Shown here piece by piece: positions 38,847 through 48,966 of a DNA stretch of 64,000 nucleotides. The notes below the pieces were generated by a model. The model made no database searches and was not told the DNA's origin. It saw only the letters and a program-made list of their open reading frames with translations. Within the stretch, counting starts at the first letter, position 1; every line of letters starts with the position of its first letter. Origin of the DNA: Spirochaetia bacterium (GTDB lineage Bacteria; Spirochaetota; Spirochaetia; SZUA-6; Bin103); the NCBI GenBank assembly GCA_965198005.1, contig CBDAOI010000002.1, positions 64,001-128,000 of the forward strand, written 5' to 3'. Both the position numbers and the translations under genes were made by a program.

Positions 38847-40127
38847 ATGACCGAGGCCTTCAAGATAAAGGATCCCGCCCTGGCCGAGCAGGGCGCGCTC
38901 AAGCTGCGCTGGGCCGAGTCGCGGATGCCCGTGCTCGCCAGTCTGCGCAGCGAGTACGAGCAGACCAGACCGCTGGCGGGGCAGCGCATCGCGGGGTGCC
39001 TGCACGTCACCAAGGAAACCGGCGTGTTGATCCGGACGCTGCGCGCGGCCGGTGCCGAGCTGGCGTGGTGCGGCTGCAACCCGCTGTCCACCCAGGACGA
39101 CGTGGCCGCGGCGCTGGCCGCGGAAGATACCAGCATCTTCGCCTGGCACGGGCTGTCGGTGGACGAGTTCTACTGGTGCATCGACGCCACCCTGGAGCTC
39201 CAGCCGACGCTGACACTGGACGATGGCGCGGACCTGATCTTTCGCGCGCACGCCCGCTATCCCGAACTGGCCGACCGCATCCGCGGCGGCACCGAGGAGA
39301 CCACCACCGGCGTGCAGCGGCTGCAGGCGATGGCCGACGAGGGCAAGCTGCGCTACCCGGTGGTGGCGGTGAACAACGCCGAGACCAAGTGGGAATTCGA
39401 CAACGTCTACGGCACCGGCCAGTCCGCGCTGGACGGCATCCTGCGCGCCACCTCGATCCTGCTGGCGGGCAAGAACCTGGTGGTGGCCGGCTTCGGCCAT
39501 TGCGGCCGCGGCACCGCGCAGCGCGCCCGTGGGCTCGGCGCGCACGTGATCGTGACCGAGGTGGATCCGGTCTCGGCGCTCAAGGCGACCCACGAAGGGT
39601 TTCGGGTGATGCCGATGGCGCAGGCCGCCGAGGTGGGCGACATCTTCATCACCACCACCGGCATGCGCGACGTGATTACCGGCGACCACTTCGAGCGCAT
39701 GCGCGACGGCGCGGTGATCTGCAACGCCGGCCACTACGACTGCGAGGTAAACCTCGACGACCTCGGCCAGTTGGCCGCGGCCCCGGTCGAGGTGCGCGCC
39801 AACAACCAGGAGTACCGCCTGCCCGACGGCCGGCGGGTGTACCTGCTGGCGCAGGGGCGGCTGGTCAACCTGGTCGCGGCCGAGGGGCACCCGTCCGAAG
39901 TGATGGACATGTCCTTCGCGCACCAGTTCCTGAGCATGGTGGCCTTGGCGCAGGGCAGCGTCGGCGGCACCGGGAGCGCCGGCGGGCTCGAGCACAGGGT
40001 CTACCCGGTGTCGCCCGACCAGGACGCCCGGATCGCGGCGATGAAGCTGCGGACCATGGGAATCGAGATCGACCGTCTCACCCCCGCGCAGCACGCCTAC
40101 CTGCGCGACTATTCGCAGGGCACCTGA
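38847..40127 (+). CDS. ahcY: Adenosylhomocysteinase
   Basis: GCLHVTKET, CNPLSTQD, EETTTGV, FDNVYGTGQS, GRLVNL..EGHPSEVMDMSF. Confidence 0.97.
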   Translation: MTEAFKIKDPALAEQGALKLRWAESRMPVLASLRSEYEQTRPLAGQRIAGCLHVTKETGVLIRTLRAAGAELAWCGCNPLSTQDDVAAALAAEDTSIFAWHGLSVDEFYWCIDATLELQPTLTLDDGADLIFRAHARYPELADRIRGGTEETTTGVQRLQAMADEGKLRYPVVAVNNAETKWEFDNVYGTGQSALDGILRATSILLAGKNLVVAGFGHCGRGTAQRARGLGAHVIVTEVDPVSALKATHEGFRVMPMAQAAEVGDIFITTTGMRDVITGDHFERMRDGAVICNAGHYDCEVNLDDLGQLAAAPVEVRANNQEYRLPDGRRVYLLAQGRLVNLVAAEGHPSEVMDMSFAHQFLSMVALAQGSVGGTGSAGGLEHRVYPVSPDQDARIAAMKLRTMGIEIDRLTPAQHAYLRDYSQGT

Positions 40128-40876
40128 TGAGTATCGGAAAGGGCGCGGCGCCCGCTACCGAAATCGCCGCCGCCGACGGCGCCGCCGCCCGGCCCGGGCC
40201 GGACCCGAGCACGCTGCCGTGCCCCTGCAACCTGGTGTTCCTCGGGCCGCCAGGCGCCGGCAAGGGCACCGTGACCGACCTGCTGTGCGCGCAGCTCGAC
40301 ATTCCCCACATTTCGACGGGCGAGATGTTCCGCCGGGCGATCAACGCCGGCAGCGAGCTCGGCCGGCAGGTGGCGCAGATCATCCGGCAGGGCCGTCTGG
40401 TTCCGGACCAGGTGACCGTGCGGCTGGTCCGGGAGCGGTTGGCGGCGGCCGACGTGCAACGCGGCTACCTGCTGGACGGCTTTCCGCGCACGCTGGACCA
40501 GGCGCAGGCGCTGGGCGATCTGGGTCCGGTCACCGCCGCCATCGATCTGGTGGTGAGCGACGACGAGATCGTGCGGCGGCTGACGGGCCGCCGCGTATGC
40601 GCCTGGGACGGGGAAACCTACCATCTGGAGAACCGTCCGCCGCGCCTGCCGGACGTCTGCGACCGCTGCGGCCGACCGCTGATCCAGCGCGACGACGACC
40701 AGCCGGAGGCGATCCGCCACCGGCTGCAGGTCTATCAGCGGCAGACCGCGCCGCTGACCCGGTTCTACCGCGAACGCGGCCTGCTGCACGGCGTCGACGG
40801 CAGTCCCGCCCCCGAGCGGGTACGGGACAGCATCCTCGACCTGCTGCCCACCCTGCCGGCCGCCGCGCCCGCGTAG
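40127..40876 (+). CDS. adk: Adenylate kinase (zinc-lid type)
   Basis: LGPPGAGKGT, HISTGEMFR, LDGFPRT, RRVC..CDRCG..QRDDD; TGATG coupling to ahcY. Confidence 0.96.
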   Translation: MSIGKGAAPATEIAAADGAAARPGPDPSTLPCPCNLVFLGPPGAGKGTVTDLLCAQLDIPHISTGEMFRRAINAGSELGRQVAQIIRQGRLVPDQVTVRLVRERLAAADVQRGYLLDGFPRTLDQAQALGDLGPVTAAIDLVVSDDEIVRRLTGRRVCAWDGETYHLENRPPRLPDVCDRCGRPLIQRDDDQPEAIRHRLQVYQRQTAPLTRFYRERGLLHGVDGSPAPERVRDSILDLLPTLPAAAPA

Positions 40877-40901
40877 CGCCCGGCTTGGTGACCACGCCCG
40901 G

Positions 40902-42095
40902 ATGGTCCGGATGGTGACCAGAATCGCCCTGAAGAACTACAAGAGCATCGCCGCGTGCGACGTGCGACCGGCGGCGCTCTCCTTCCTGGTGGGCCCCAAT
41001 GGGTGCGGCAAGAGCAACTTCCTGGATGCGCTGCGCTTCGTCGCCGAGGCCGTCCGGTGTTCGCTGGACGACGCGCTACGCGCGCGCGGCGGCATGCAGG
41101 AGGTGCGCCGGCGCGCGGGCGGCCAGGCCAACCACTTCGGCATCCGGCTCGACCTGCGGCTGCCGCGGGCCGAGGGCTGGTACGCGTTCGAAGTGGCGGC
41201 GAAACTCGGCGGACGGTACGGCGTGCGCCAGGAGGAGTGTGCCGTGGAGGGTCCGGACGGCCGCAGCTTCTACCGCGTGGTGGACGGACAGGTGGTGGCC
41301 GGCACGATCCCCGATCCACCCGCCGCGGCCGGCGACCGCCTGTATCTGGCCGCCGCGGCGGGGCTGGACGGGTTCCGTCCGCTGTACGAGGGGCTCTGCG
41401 GCATGGCGGTCTACAACCCGAATCCCGCGGCGATCCGGGAACTCCAGGCGCCGGCCCCCGGCGCGCCGCTGCAGCGCGACGGCGGCAACCTGGCGAGCGT
41501 CCTGTCGACCCTCGAGCGCAGCCGGCGGACCGCCGTGGAGGAGTACCTCGCGGCGATCAGCCCCGGCATCAGGGGGGTGGCGGCGCGGGCCGAGGGCGGC
41601 GCGCTCACCCTCGACTTCCGGCAGGAGGTAGGCGGTGCCCGACGCGTGCGCCGGTTCCCGGCCCGCGACGTGTCCGACGGCACCCTGCACGCGCTCGGCG
41701 TCCTCGTGGCGCTGTTCCAGGGCGGCGGCGGAACCGCTCCCCGGCCCACCCTGATCGGCATCGAGGAGCCGGAGGGCACCCTGCACCCGGCCGCCGCCGG
41801 CGTGCTCATCGACAGCTTCACCGAGGCCGGCCGCTCGGCCCAGATAATCGTCACCACCCACAGCCCCGATCTGCTCGACACCGACGCCATCGCCGACCCC
41901 TCGATCCTCGCCGTGCACGTGGACCACGCCGAAACCCGCGTCGGCCCCCTCGACGAAGCGGCCCGCTCCGCCATCCACGACCACCTCTTCACCGCCGGCG
42001 AACTGCTGCGCAAGGACCAGCTCCGCCCCGACCCCGCCCAGTCCGCTCCCCCCCACCTCGACCTGTTCGAGCCGGCTCGACTGATCGCTCCTTGA
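40902..42095 (+). CDS. AAA_21/AAA_15-type ABC ATPase
   Basis: GPNGCGKSN, SDGT, IEEPE..LHP, TTHSPDL. Confidence 0.88.
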   Translation: MVRMVTRIALKNYKSIAACDVRPAALSFLVGPNGCGKSNFLDALRFVAEAVRCSLDDALRARGGMQEVRRRAGGQANHFGIRLDLRLPRAEGWYAFEVAAKLGGRYGVRQEECAVEGPDGRSFYRVVDGQVVAGTIPDPPAAAGDRLYLAAAAGLDGFRPLYEGLCGMAVYNPNPAAIRELQAPAPGAPLQRDGGNLASVLSTLERSRRTAVEEYLAAISPGIRGVAARAEGGALTLDFRQEVGGARRVRRFPARDVSDGTLHALGVLVALFQGGGGTAPRPTLIGIEEPEGTLHPAAAGVLIDSFTEAGRSAQIIVTTHSPDLLDTDAIADPSILAVHVDHAETRVGPLDEAARSAIHDHLFTAGELLRKDQLRPDPAQSAPPHLDLFEPARLIAP

Positions 42096-42130
42096 CCTCG
42101 ATTCGCGGTCCGGTGGAACATCCGCTCCTG

Positions 42131-44701
42131 ATGAACGACAGCCGCCCCGACACCGGAACCAATGGCCTGCCGCCACTGACGGGCATTCGCGTCGTCGACT
42201 TCGGCCACTACCTCGCCGGACCGCTTACCGGCATGCTGCTGGCCGATCAGGGCGCCGAGGTGATCAAGATCGACCGTCCCGGCCAGGCCTCGTGCGCCAC
42301 TCCCGCGGGCGCGGTATTCAATCGCGGCAAGCAGCTTCTGGAACTGGACCTGAAGAGCGCCGCCGGCCGCGACGCCGCGCAGCAACTGGTGGCGTCGGCG
42401 GACGTGCTGATCGAGAACTTCCGCCCCGGAGTGATGGAGCGGCTCGGGCTCGGTTCCACCGCCATGGCGACCGCCAACCCGCGTCTGGTGTACCTGTCCC
42501 TGCCGGGCTTCGGCGCCGGCGAGGAACGTGCTTCACTGCGTGCCTTCGAAGGCGTGCTCAGCGCGGCCACCGGGGTGTTCACCGACCTGCATTGGATTCG
42601 CCGCGAGCTGCAGGCGCCGCCGCAGTACACGCCGATCCCGCTGGCCTCGGCCTACGGCGCGGTCCACGGCGCGCTGGCGGTGACCCTGGCGCTCTACGCG
42701 CGTGCGGAGAGCGGGCGCGGCGAGGTGATCGAGGTGCCGCTGGCCGGCGCCGCGCTGTCGGCGATGGGCGCCTTCCTGCTGCGCGTGGCGGATGCGCCGG
42801 CGCGCTACGGCAAACGTCCCAATCCCGCCAACGACGCGCTGCGCGCGCGGATGCGGCAGGCCGACGCGGCCGAGCGGCGCCGGCTGATCGATCAGCTCCG
42901 TCCGTGGCTGCCGCCGATGTTCGACAGTTACCAGGCCGGCGACGGCGGCTGGGTGTTCCTGCTCGCGGGCAACAGCCGCCGCAACTCGACGCAGTTGGTC
43001 AAGGCGCTGGGGATCTACGACGGCTTGATCGCCGACGGCATGGTCGACCTGCCGCCCTACGCCGACCTCACGCGGACCAACAACATCCAGGATGTCGACG
43101 GCCTGTCGCGGGAGTGGAAGAAAACCCTGCGCGACCGGATGGCGGCCGCCTTCCGGCAGAAACCGGCGGACGACTGGACGCCGATCATGCGCCGGTTCGG
43201 GGTGCCGTTCAGCGTCCACCGGACCACGCAGGAGTGGTTGCACGCCCCGGAAACCGATGCCGCGGCGCTCACCGTCGAGGTAGAGGATCCGGTGCACGGA
43301 GCGATCCGCCAGTTCGGCGTGCAAACCTCGCTGGGCCGCACCGCCGAGCGGTGGCACCAGCCGCAGCCGGCCCGACCGGGCGACCTGGGCGCTCTGCTGC
43401 CGGATCGCGCGGCCGCGTTCGCCGCCGACGGCGGCGGCGCCGATGGAACCGATGGAGGCGCGGCGCAGTCGGCCCCGCACCGGACGCAGATCCTCGCCGG
43501 CATCAAGGTGCTCGACCTGTCCACCGTGCTGGCCGGGCCCTGCTGCGCCCGCACGCTGGCGGAGTATGGCGCCGACGTGATCAAGATCGACGCGCCCGAC
43601 CCTTACTTTCTCCCCTCGACCGCGTGCATGCTGCACCTTGAGGTGAGCCAGGGCAAACGCAGCATGATCCTGGACCTCAAGCAGGCGGCGGGCAAGCGCC
43701 TGTTCCAGCAGTTGGCCGGCGATGCCGACGTGATCGTGCACAACTTCCGCCCCGGCGTGGCCGAGCGGCTCGGCATCGACTACGCCAGCGTGGCGCGCAT
43801 CAACCCCGGCATCGTCTATCTCAACCTGACCGCGTTCAATGGGCCGCGGCGCGGGCCGTGGACCGAACTGCCCGGCTTCGACCCGGTGCTGCAGGCGGCC
43901 ACCGGGATCCAGCTCCGCTACGGCGGCCCCGGCGAACCGCCCGAGCTGCACGGCTTCGCCTCCTGCATCGACTACCTGACCGGCTACTCCGGCGCCTTCG
44001 GCATCGCCCTGGCCCTGCTGCGCCGCACACGCGAGGGCGGCGGCGACCTGGTGCTCACCTCTCTGGCGCAGAGCGGGCAACTGGTGCAGGCGCCGTTCGT
44101 GTGGGCCACCGCAGATGCCCGGCCCGACGACCGCCCGCACGGGCAGGAGGCCCTGGGTGCGCACTCCCTGGAGCACCTCTACCGCGCCGCCGACGGCTGG
44201 CTGATGCTGACCGGCCTGCCGGCGGACCTGCCGCGGCTGCGGGATCTTCCCGAGCTGGCGGCGACGCCGGTCGAGGCGTCCGAGGAGGCGGCGCGCATCG
44301 CCGCCATGCAGGCGGCCATCGCACAGCAGCCGCTGGCCCACTGGGAGCAGGCGTTCAACGCCGCCGGCTTCGGCTGCCACCGCGTCGCCTGCATCGAAGA
44401 CCTGCGCCGCGCCGGCCTGCGCGAGCTGACCGACGCCGAGCGCGCGGCATGGCGTGACGGCCCGTCGATCTCGGTCATCCGCCTGCTCGACCACCCGGTC
44501 GGCAGCCCGGTCGACAACCCGGCCCCCACCTACGCCCGCTTCGCCACCACCTCGCTGCGCCTCACCAACCCCATGCCCAAGATCGGCAGCCACACCCGCT
44601 CCATCCTGCGCGAGCTGGGCCACGACGACGCCCGGATCGACCGCTGGATCGCCGCCGGGGTCGCCGCCGAGCAGATCCACGACGCCTACCTCCCCCACTG
44701 A
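42131..44701 (+). CDS. CaiB/BaiF family III CoA-transferase with two tandem domains
   Basis: Two copies of the LxGIxVxD..LAGP..LAxxGAxVIKID and NFRPGV motifs; ATG at 42131. Confidence 0.9.
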   Translation: MNDSRPDTGTNGLPPLTGIRVVDFGHYLAGPLTGMLLADQGAEVIKIDRPGQASCATPAGAVFNRGKQLLELDLKSAAGRDAAQQLVASADVLIENFRPGVMERLGLGSTAMATANPRLVYLSLPGFGAGEERASLRAFEGVLSAATGVFTDLHWIRRELQAPPQYTPIPLASAYGAVHGALAVTLALYARAESGRGEVIEVPLAGAALSAMGAFLLRVADAPARYGKRPNPANDALRARMRQADAAERRRLIDQLRPWLPPMFDSYQAGDGGWVFLLAGNSRRNSTQLVKALGIYDGLIADGMVDLPPYADLTRTNNIQDVDGLSREWKKTLRDRMAAAFRQKPADDWTPIMRRFGVPFSVHRTTQEWLHAPETDAAALTVEVEDPVHGAIRQFGVQTSLGRTAERWHQPQPARPGDLGALLPDRAAAFAADGGGADGTDGGAAQSAPHRTQILAGIKVLDLSTVLAGPCCARTLAEYGADVIKIDAPDPYFLPSTACMLHLEVSQGKRSMILDLKQAAGKRLFQQLAGDADVIVHNFRPGVAERLGIDYASVARINPGIVYLNLTAFNGPRRGPWTELPGFDPVLQAATGIQLRYGGPGEPPELHGFASCIDYLTGYSGAFGIALALLRRTREGGGDLVLTSLAQSGQLVQAPFVWATADARPDDRPHGQEALGAHSLEHLYRAADGWLMLTGLPADLPRLRDLPELAATPVEASEEAARIAAMQAAIAQQPLAHWEQAFNAAGFGCHRVACIEDLRRAGLRELTDAERAAWRDGPSISVIRLLDHPVGSPVDNPAPTYARFATTSLRLTNPMPKIGSHTRSILRELGHDDARIDRWIAAGVAAEQIHDAYLPH

Positions 44702-44729
44702 CGGATGTGGCACAATGGCAAAAGGACGG

Positions 44730-45046
44730 TGAACGCGCGAGCCTGACCGCCCGATGATCGTCAAGGACCTGCTCACCCACACCTCCGGCCTCACCTACGG
44801 CTTCATGCGCAGCCACGCCGTGGACGCGCTGTACCGGGCCCGCATCGGGCTGCCGCCAAAGGAGTCGCTGGAGGCGGTGATCGCCACGCTCGGCGAGCTG
44901 CCGCTGCAGTTCTCGCCGGGCAGGCGCTGGCAGTACGGCATGTCCACATCGCCCAACTCACCAACTCGGACGGCGTCCCCGCCAGCCCACCCCGCGTGCT
45001 CCGCCGCCTCCTCAAACCCCTGATCTACCAGGCCCTGGTCGACTGA
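44730..45046 (+). pseudogene. Serine hydrolase (beta-lactamase-like) remnant
   Basis: DLLTHTSGLTYGF, LPLQFSPGRRWQYG, then a detached C-terminus LKPLIYQALVD*. Confidence 0.75.
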
Positions 45047-45089
45047 CCCTCGGCCGCAACGCCGTCGCGGCAGTCACCGCCGCCCTCCG

Positions 45090-46616
45090 TCATTCAAGCG
45101 GAAGCTCTTGCGGCGCGACAACGTAGCGTACCGGGCTCTTCTCCTTCACCAACGTGCGTTCATCAACGAGGCGCTTCAACCATGGGCCCAAAGTCGTCGC
45201 GGATATCTCCAGCTCGTCGGCGATTGTATTGCGGTCTCTTGGTTCCACGCAAATGCTCTGCACGTAAGAACCGACCTCTCGATAGAGAAGTTCGGCGTAG
45301 GAACTACCCCGATATTGAACTGACGGAGCCGACTCCAAAATCACATCCGACTTCGCTTCGTCGTCCTGCGGTGAGATAACGTAGGTCTCTCTACCAAGCT
45401 TCTCCACGGCTCCGCCAGCGGCAAGCCGCTTCAGCCAGGTATTGGCCATGGTCTTGGGGACTCCCAACTCGGCGGCAACATGCTCGGCCTTCTGAGGTTC
45501 GGCACAGATGCGCGTGACGTACGACTCGACGTCTCGAAGGAGAAGTCGCGCGTAGTCCTGCGGCTGGGGCAATGCATCGGCCGGCGCGGAGATGGGTTCC
45601 GGGCTCGTCGCGCCAATCTCCGGTCCCACGGAGCGTTCGACCTCGCCAGTCGCCGGTTCATGCACAGAGACGACGCGACCAAGAATCTCCTCGATCCCAT
45701 CCGCGTCTTTCGGTTCTGGCCACGGGCGTGCGCCACGATCTTGCAGAGCCTCAAGGCCCGCGGAAGGATCGCCGCTCGAACGCACGAAGACGGGCACGGG
45801 GTACTTTTTCAACTGCTCGACGGCCCCGGACCACGTGCCCCCTCGGTTGAAGTCCGCGTTCACCACCAGACCCGCTTCCGCCAGTGCATAGATCACCTTG
45901 TTGCGCTGCATCGCCTGCGCGACCGTGAATCTCAGGCTCGGGTCGAATGGAGAAACCAGTACGAGCCGCTCTTCCAGCATCAGGTTGCGATGCTCGCGGT
46001 TCATGACCGTCCTCTCCAAGTCTCCGGGCAGCACTCCTACGACGCGGCCACCGGCCTCCAAAGCACCGTTCATGGCGGCCCGATCAACGCCTCTGGCACC
46101 ACCCGAGACCACGGTCAACCCGGCGCCGGCGACCAGCGCTGCAGTTTCCCGCGTGTACTCGATGAGTGGATCAGTAACGTCGCGCGATCCGACAATCGCG
46201 AAGCTCCGGGTATGCATGATCTCTTGCAGTCCACACCCGTAAAGCACGCTCGGCGCATCGTTCTTCAAACGCTGCTTGAGCAACGGTGGGTAGGCTGCAT
46301 CGGCGCGGCTCACGACCCAGATCCCTCGCGTCTGCCAACGCTCCACCGCCTGGCTCAGCAGGAATCCTCGGTTCAGCAATGCTCTCAGGCGAGTCTCGTC
46401 GATCACCTCGCCGCATTGCGCGAGGAGCCGATCAGCCCCCGACTCCAGCAGGTTGGCCGGCTCGGACTGGAGCGATGCCAGACAAGGGGCCAGCTTCCGG
46501 TACTCGCCGGCGGTAAGGATTTGCGCTCGTGGCCCGCGGTTGCCGACGACCAGGGGAGCGGTGAGCAGCAGGATCGCCATGGTGTTGGCGGACAGGCCAT
46601 CGGCCCCGTTCATCAT
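45090..46616 (-). CDS. DprA/SMF-domain protein (RqlI-like) with two C-terminal wHTH repeats
   Basis: APSVLYGCG, AIVGSR, VSGGARGVD, AMQRNKVIYAL, GGTWSGA; follows the RecQ-like gene. Confidence 0.88.
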   Translation of the reverse strand: MMNGADGLSANTMAILLLTAPLVVGNRGPRAQILTAGEYRKLAPCLASLQSEPANLLESGADRLLAQCGEVIDETRLRALLNRGFLLSQAVERWQTRGIWVVSRADAAYPPLLKQRLKNDAPSVLYGCGLQEIMHTRSFAIVGSRDVTDPLIEYTRETAALVAGAGLTVVSGGARGVDRAAMNGALEAGGRVVGVLPGDLERTVMNREHRNLMLEERLVLVSPFDPSLRFTVAQAMQRNKVIYALAEAGLVVNADFNRGGTWSGAVEQLKKYPVPVFVRSSGDPSAGLEALQDRGARPWPEPKDADGIEEILGRVVSVHEPATGEVERSVGPEIGATSPEPISAPADALPQPQDYARLLLRDVESYVTRICAEPQKAEHVAAELGVPKTMANTWLKRLAAGGAVEKLGRETYVISPQDDEAKSDVILESAPSVQYRGSSYAELLYREVGSYVQSICVEPRDRNTIADELEISATTLGPWLKRLVDERTLVKEKSPVRYVVAPQELPLE

Positions 46617-46683
46617 CTCGTGTCTCGTCCGAAAGTGCCGGCAATCGGCGATGCCTGTATCTCGACTATCATCGTCTTCCGTG

Positions 46684-48759
46684 TCATGAAGTGGCGCTGC
46701 TGCCTCCTGCATCAGCCAGGGCCAGGGGCCACACTTCCCCACTGCCGCGGCGCCGAAGCTCCCAGGCGACCACGGTGAAGGTCCAGCGCGAGTCTACCAT
46801 GTCATCTACCAACAGCACGGGCCCGGGAAGCATCTGACGCCGGTCGACCACCAGCGATCCGATAACATTGCGCGCCTGCTTGTCGCTGTTCTCCATCGTC
46901 TTCTGCTCCGGTCGCTCCTCCTTCCGCTCGAGCACCGCTTGAAACGGAAGTTCAAGCGCATGGGCCAGCCGTCTGGCAAAGTCAGGCACCAGATGCGGAC
47001 GCCGGTGCGAGGGCACGGCGGCAACCCAGGTGGGATACGGGGCAGGCTGCCACTTCCGAACCAGGGCCGCGCAGGCGTCCACGAGCTCCTCGGCGAAATG
47101 ATCGTCTCGGTACTTTCCGTCCGCTACCAGGCGGCCCCAGCCGGCATCTCCCCAGACGCACAATGCCATTCCCGGCTGCGCACGATGTTCACGCTCGATC
47201 CACTTGCCGGTTGGCCATTGCTTGCGCGGAACGATCGGCAGGTTCTCGTTGCGGAGGAAGGTGATGGCGTCCCTGACGCTGGCCGGATGCACGGTTGTCG
47301 GCAGGTGGGGCACCTCGGGCGGTCGAAAATCGCCCGGGTCGCCGTCCAGCGACCGGATGAGAAACTCCATGTGGTCGGAGGAGAGATCCACGTACTGCTG
47401 CATCTGTTGCTGCTCTGCCTGCCTGAGTTCGGTGAGCCGTTCCGTCCGCTGCCAGAACGCCTCGCTCAGTCTGGCCGCCGTGAGCTGCCACTTCGTGCCG
47501 AACGTCGCTATTGGCGCGGGTGACTCGAGCGCGAGGAGCTGGATCGTCTTCCGTATGCGCCCGTAGCCGAGGTTGACTTCGGCTGCGATCTCGCGAATCG
47601 ACAGACCCTCCGGGGCGGCCTCCAACGCGTCGAGGACGGCCGCGACCTGATCGCGATTGGGGAATGCGCTCGCTATGAAGTAGTTCGTGATGTCGGTTTC
47701 TTCGGTACCGCTCAGCAGCACGCCGTAGGCCGCATCGAGCGCGCGACCCGCGCGCCCCACCTGTTGATAGTAGGCCACGACCGAGCCTGGCGTCTGGTAG
47801 TGGATGACGAATGCGAGGTCCGGTTTGTCGAAGCCCATCCCCAATGCCGTCGTCGCGACCAGCGCTTTCACCTTGTTGTCAAGGAGAGCCTGCTCCAGTT
47901 CGGGCCGGCGCTCACCTGACTTGCCGGTGTATGCCTCGGCCTCGATGCCGCGCGTCCTGAGCCATCGGGCCACCTGCTCGGCGTCGCGGATCGTGAGGGT
48001 ATAGACGATTCCGCTTCCCGGCAGGTCCAGCAGCAGGTCGGACAGCCACGCGAGCCTTTCCGCCTGACTGGGCAGGCGCATTGTCTGCAGCGCCAGCGAA
48101 GGACGCGCCAAGTCGCCGCGGGAAACCGTCAAGTTCGGGCCAAGGATCTTCTGCAGGTCCTCCATGACCCGATTGTTGGCGGTTGCGGTGGTAGCCAGCA
48201 GACGAAGATTCGGAGGCAAAACGCGGAGGGTGCGTTCGATCCGTCGGTAGTCAGGACGGAAGTCATGCCCCCAGTCGGAGATGCAGTGCGCTTCGTCGAC
48301 GACGAGGAGCGAGACCCGACTGCCGATTTGAGACAACACCTGGTTATTGAAGCGCTCGTTGGCAAAGCGTTCCGGCGCGATGAGGACGATGTCCACCTCG
48401 CCACGGCGTATCGCCGCCTCCACATCCCGCCAGCGCTCCGCATTGTCGGAATTGATGGTCTCGGCCCGCACGCCCATCCGCTCTGCTGCCGAGATCTGGT
48501 TCCGCATCAGTGCGAGCAGTGGGCTGACGAGCAACGCCGGTCCCATGCCGGCCTCGCGCAACAGCTTGGTCGCGATGAAGTAGACGAAGCTCTTCCCCCA
48601 ACCCGTCTTCTGCACCACCAGAAGCCGCCGGCTGCCCTGGAAGACGTGGCGGATCGCTTCTTCCTGGCCTGCCCGAAACCGCGCTCGCGGATCGCCCACC
48701 CCCGCTCGCAGCAGCGCCAGGGCCCGTGCCGAAGAAAAACTCCCTGGTGTCTGTTTCAT
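46684..48759 (-). CDS. RecQ-like helicase with C-terminal phosphoribosyltransferase domain (RqlH-like)
   Basis: QKTGWGKS, DEAHCISDWGHDFRPDY, TATA, ALGMGFDKPD, YYQQVGRAGR; PRT motif VLLVDDMVDSRWT. Confidence 0.92.
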   Translation of the reverse strand: MKQTPGSFSSARALALLRAGVGDPRARFRAGQEEAIRHVFQGSRRLLVVQKTGWGKSFVYFIATKLLREAGMGPALLVSPLLALMRNQISAAERMGVRAETINSDNAERWRDVEAAIRRGEVDIVLIAPERFANERFNNQVLSQIGSRVSLLVVDEAHCISDWGHDFRPDYRRIERTLRVLPPNLRLLATTATANNRVMEDLQKILGPNLTVSRGDLARPSLALQTMRLPSQAERLAWLSDLLLDLPGSGIVYTLTIRDAEQVARWLRTRGIEAEAYTGKSGERRPELEQALLDNKVKALVATTALGMGFDKPDLAFVIHYQTPGSVVAYYQQVGRAGRALDAAYGVLLSGTEETDITNYFIASAFPNRDQVAAVLDALEAAPEGLSIREIAAEVNLGYGRIRKTIQLLALESPAPIATFGTKWQLTAARLSEAFWQRTERLTELRQAEQQQMQQYVDLSSDHMEFLIRSLDGDPGDFRPPEVPHLPTTVHPASVRDAITFLRNENLPIVPRKQWPTGKWIEREHRAQPGMALCVWGDAGWGRLVADGKYRDDHFAEELVDACAALVRKWQPAPYPTWVAAVPSHRRPHLVPDFARRLAHALELPFQAVLERKEERPEQKTMENSDKQARNVIGSLVVDRRQMLPGPVLLVDDMVDSRWTFTVVAWELRRRGSGEVWPLALADAGGSSATS

Positions 48760-48966
48760 GATCCGCGCGCCACTGTTCGCTCGACGTGTCGAGTGCCCTC
48801 TCCCAAAACAAGGTGTAGATGATGCCCAGACACGGGTCAATCCCGTTGATCGCTCCACGAGCTTGTCTCCAGCGCCATCGTTACGGACTACCTTCGCACT
48901 CGCTCGCAGGGCGCGAGCCGGGAACAACAAGCCGGCACCACGGCCATGAACGAAGTCCCTCCCGGT

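Noticed and set aside
38996-40876. 626-aa ORF as an extended adenylate kinase
   Set aside because: The N-terminal part is an alternative frame of ahcY; adk starts at the TGATG overlap at 40127
40955-44701. 1248-aa fusion ORF
   Set aside because: The first ~390 codons are an off-frame overlap with the ATPase gene; the CoA-transferase starts at 42131
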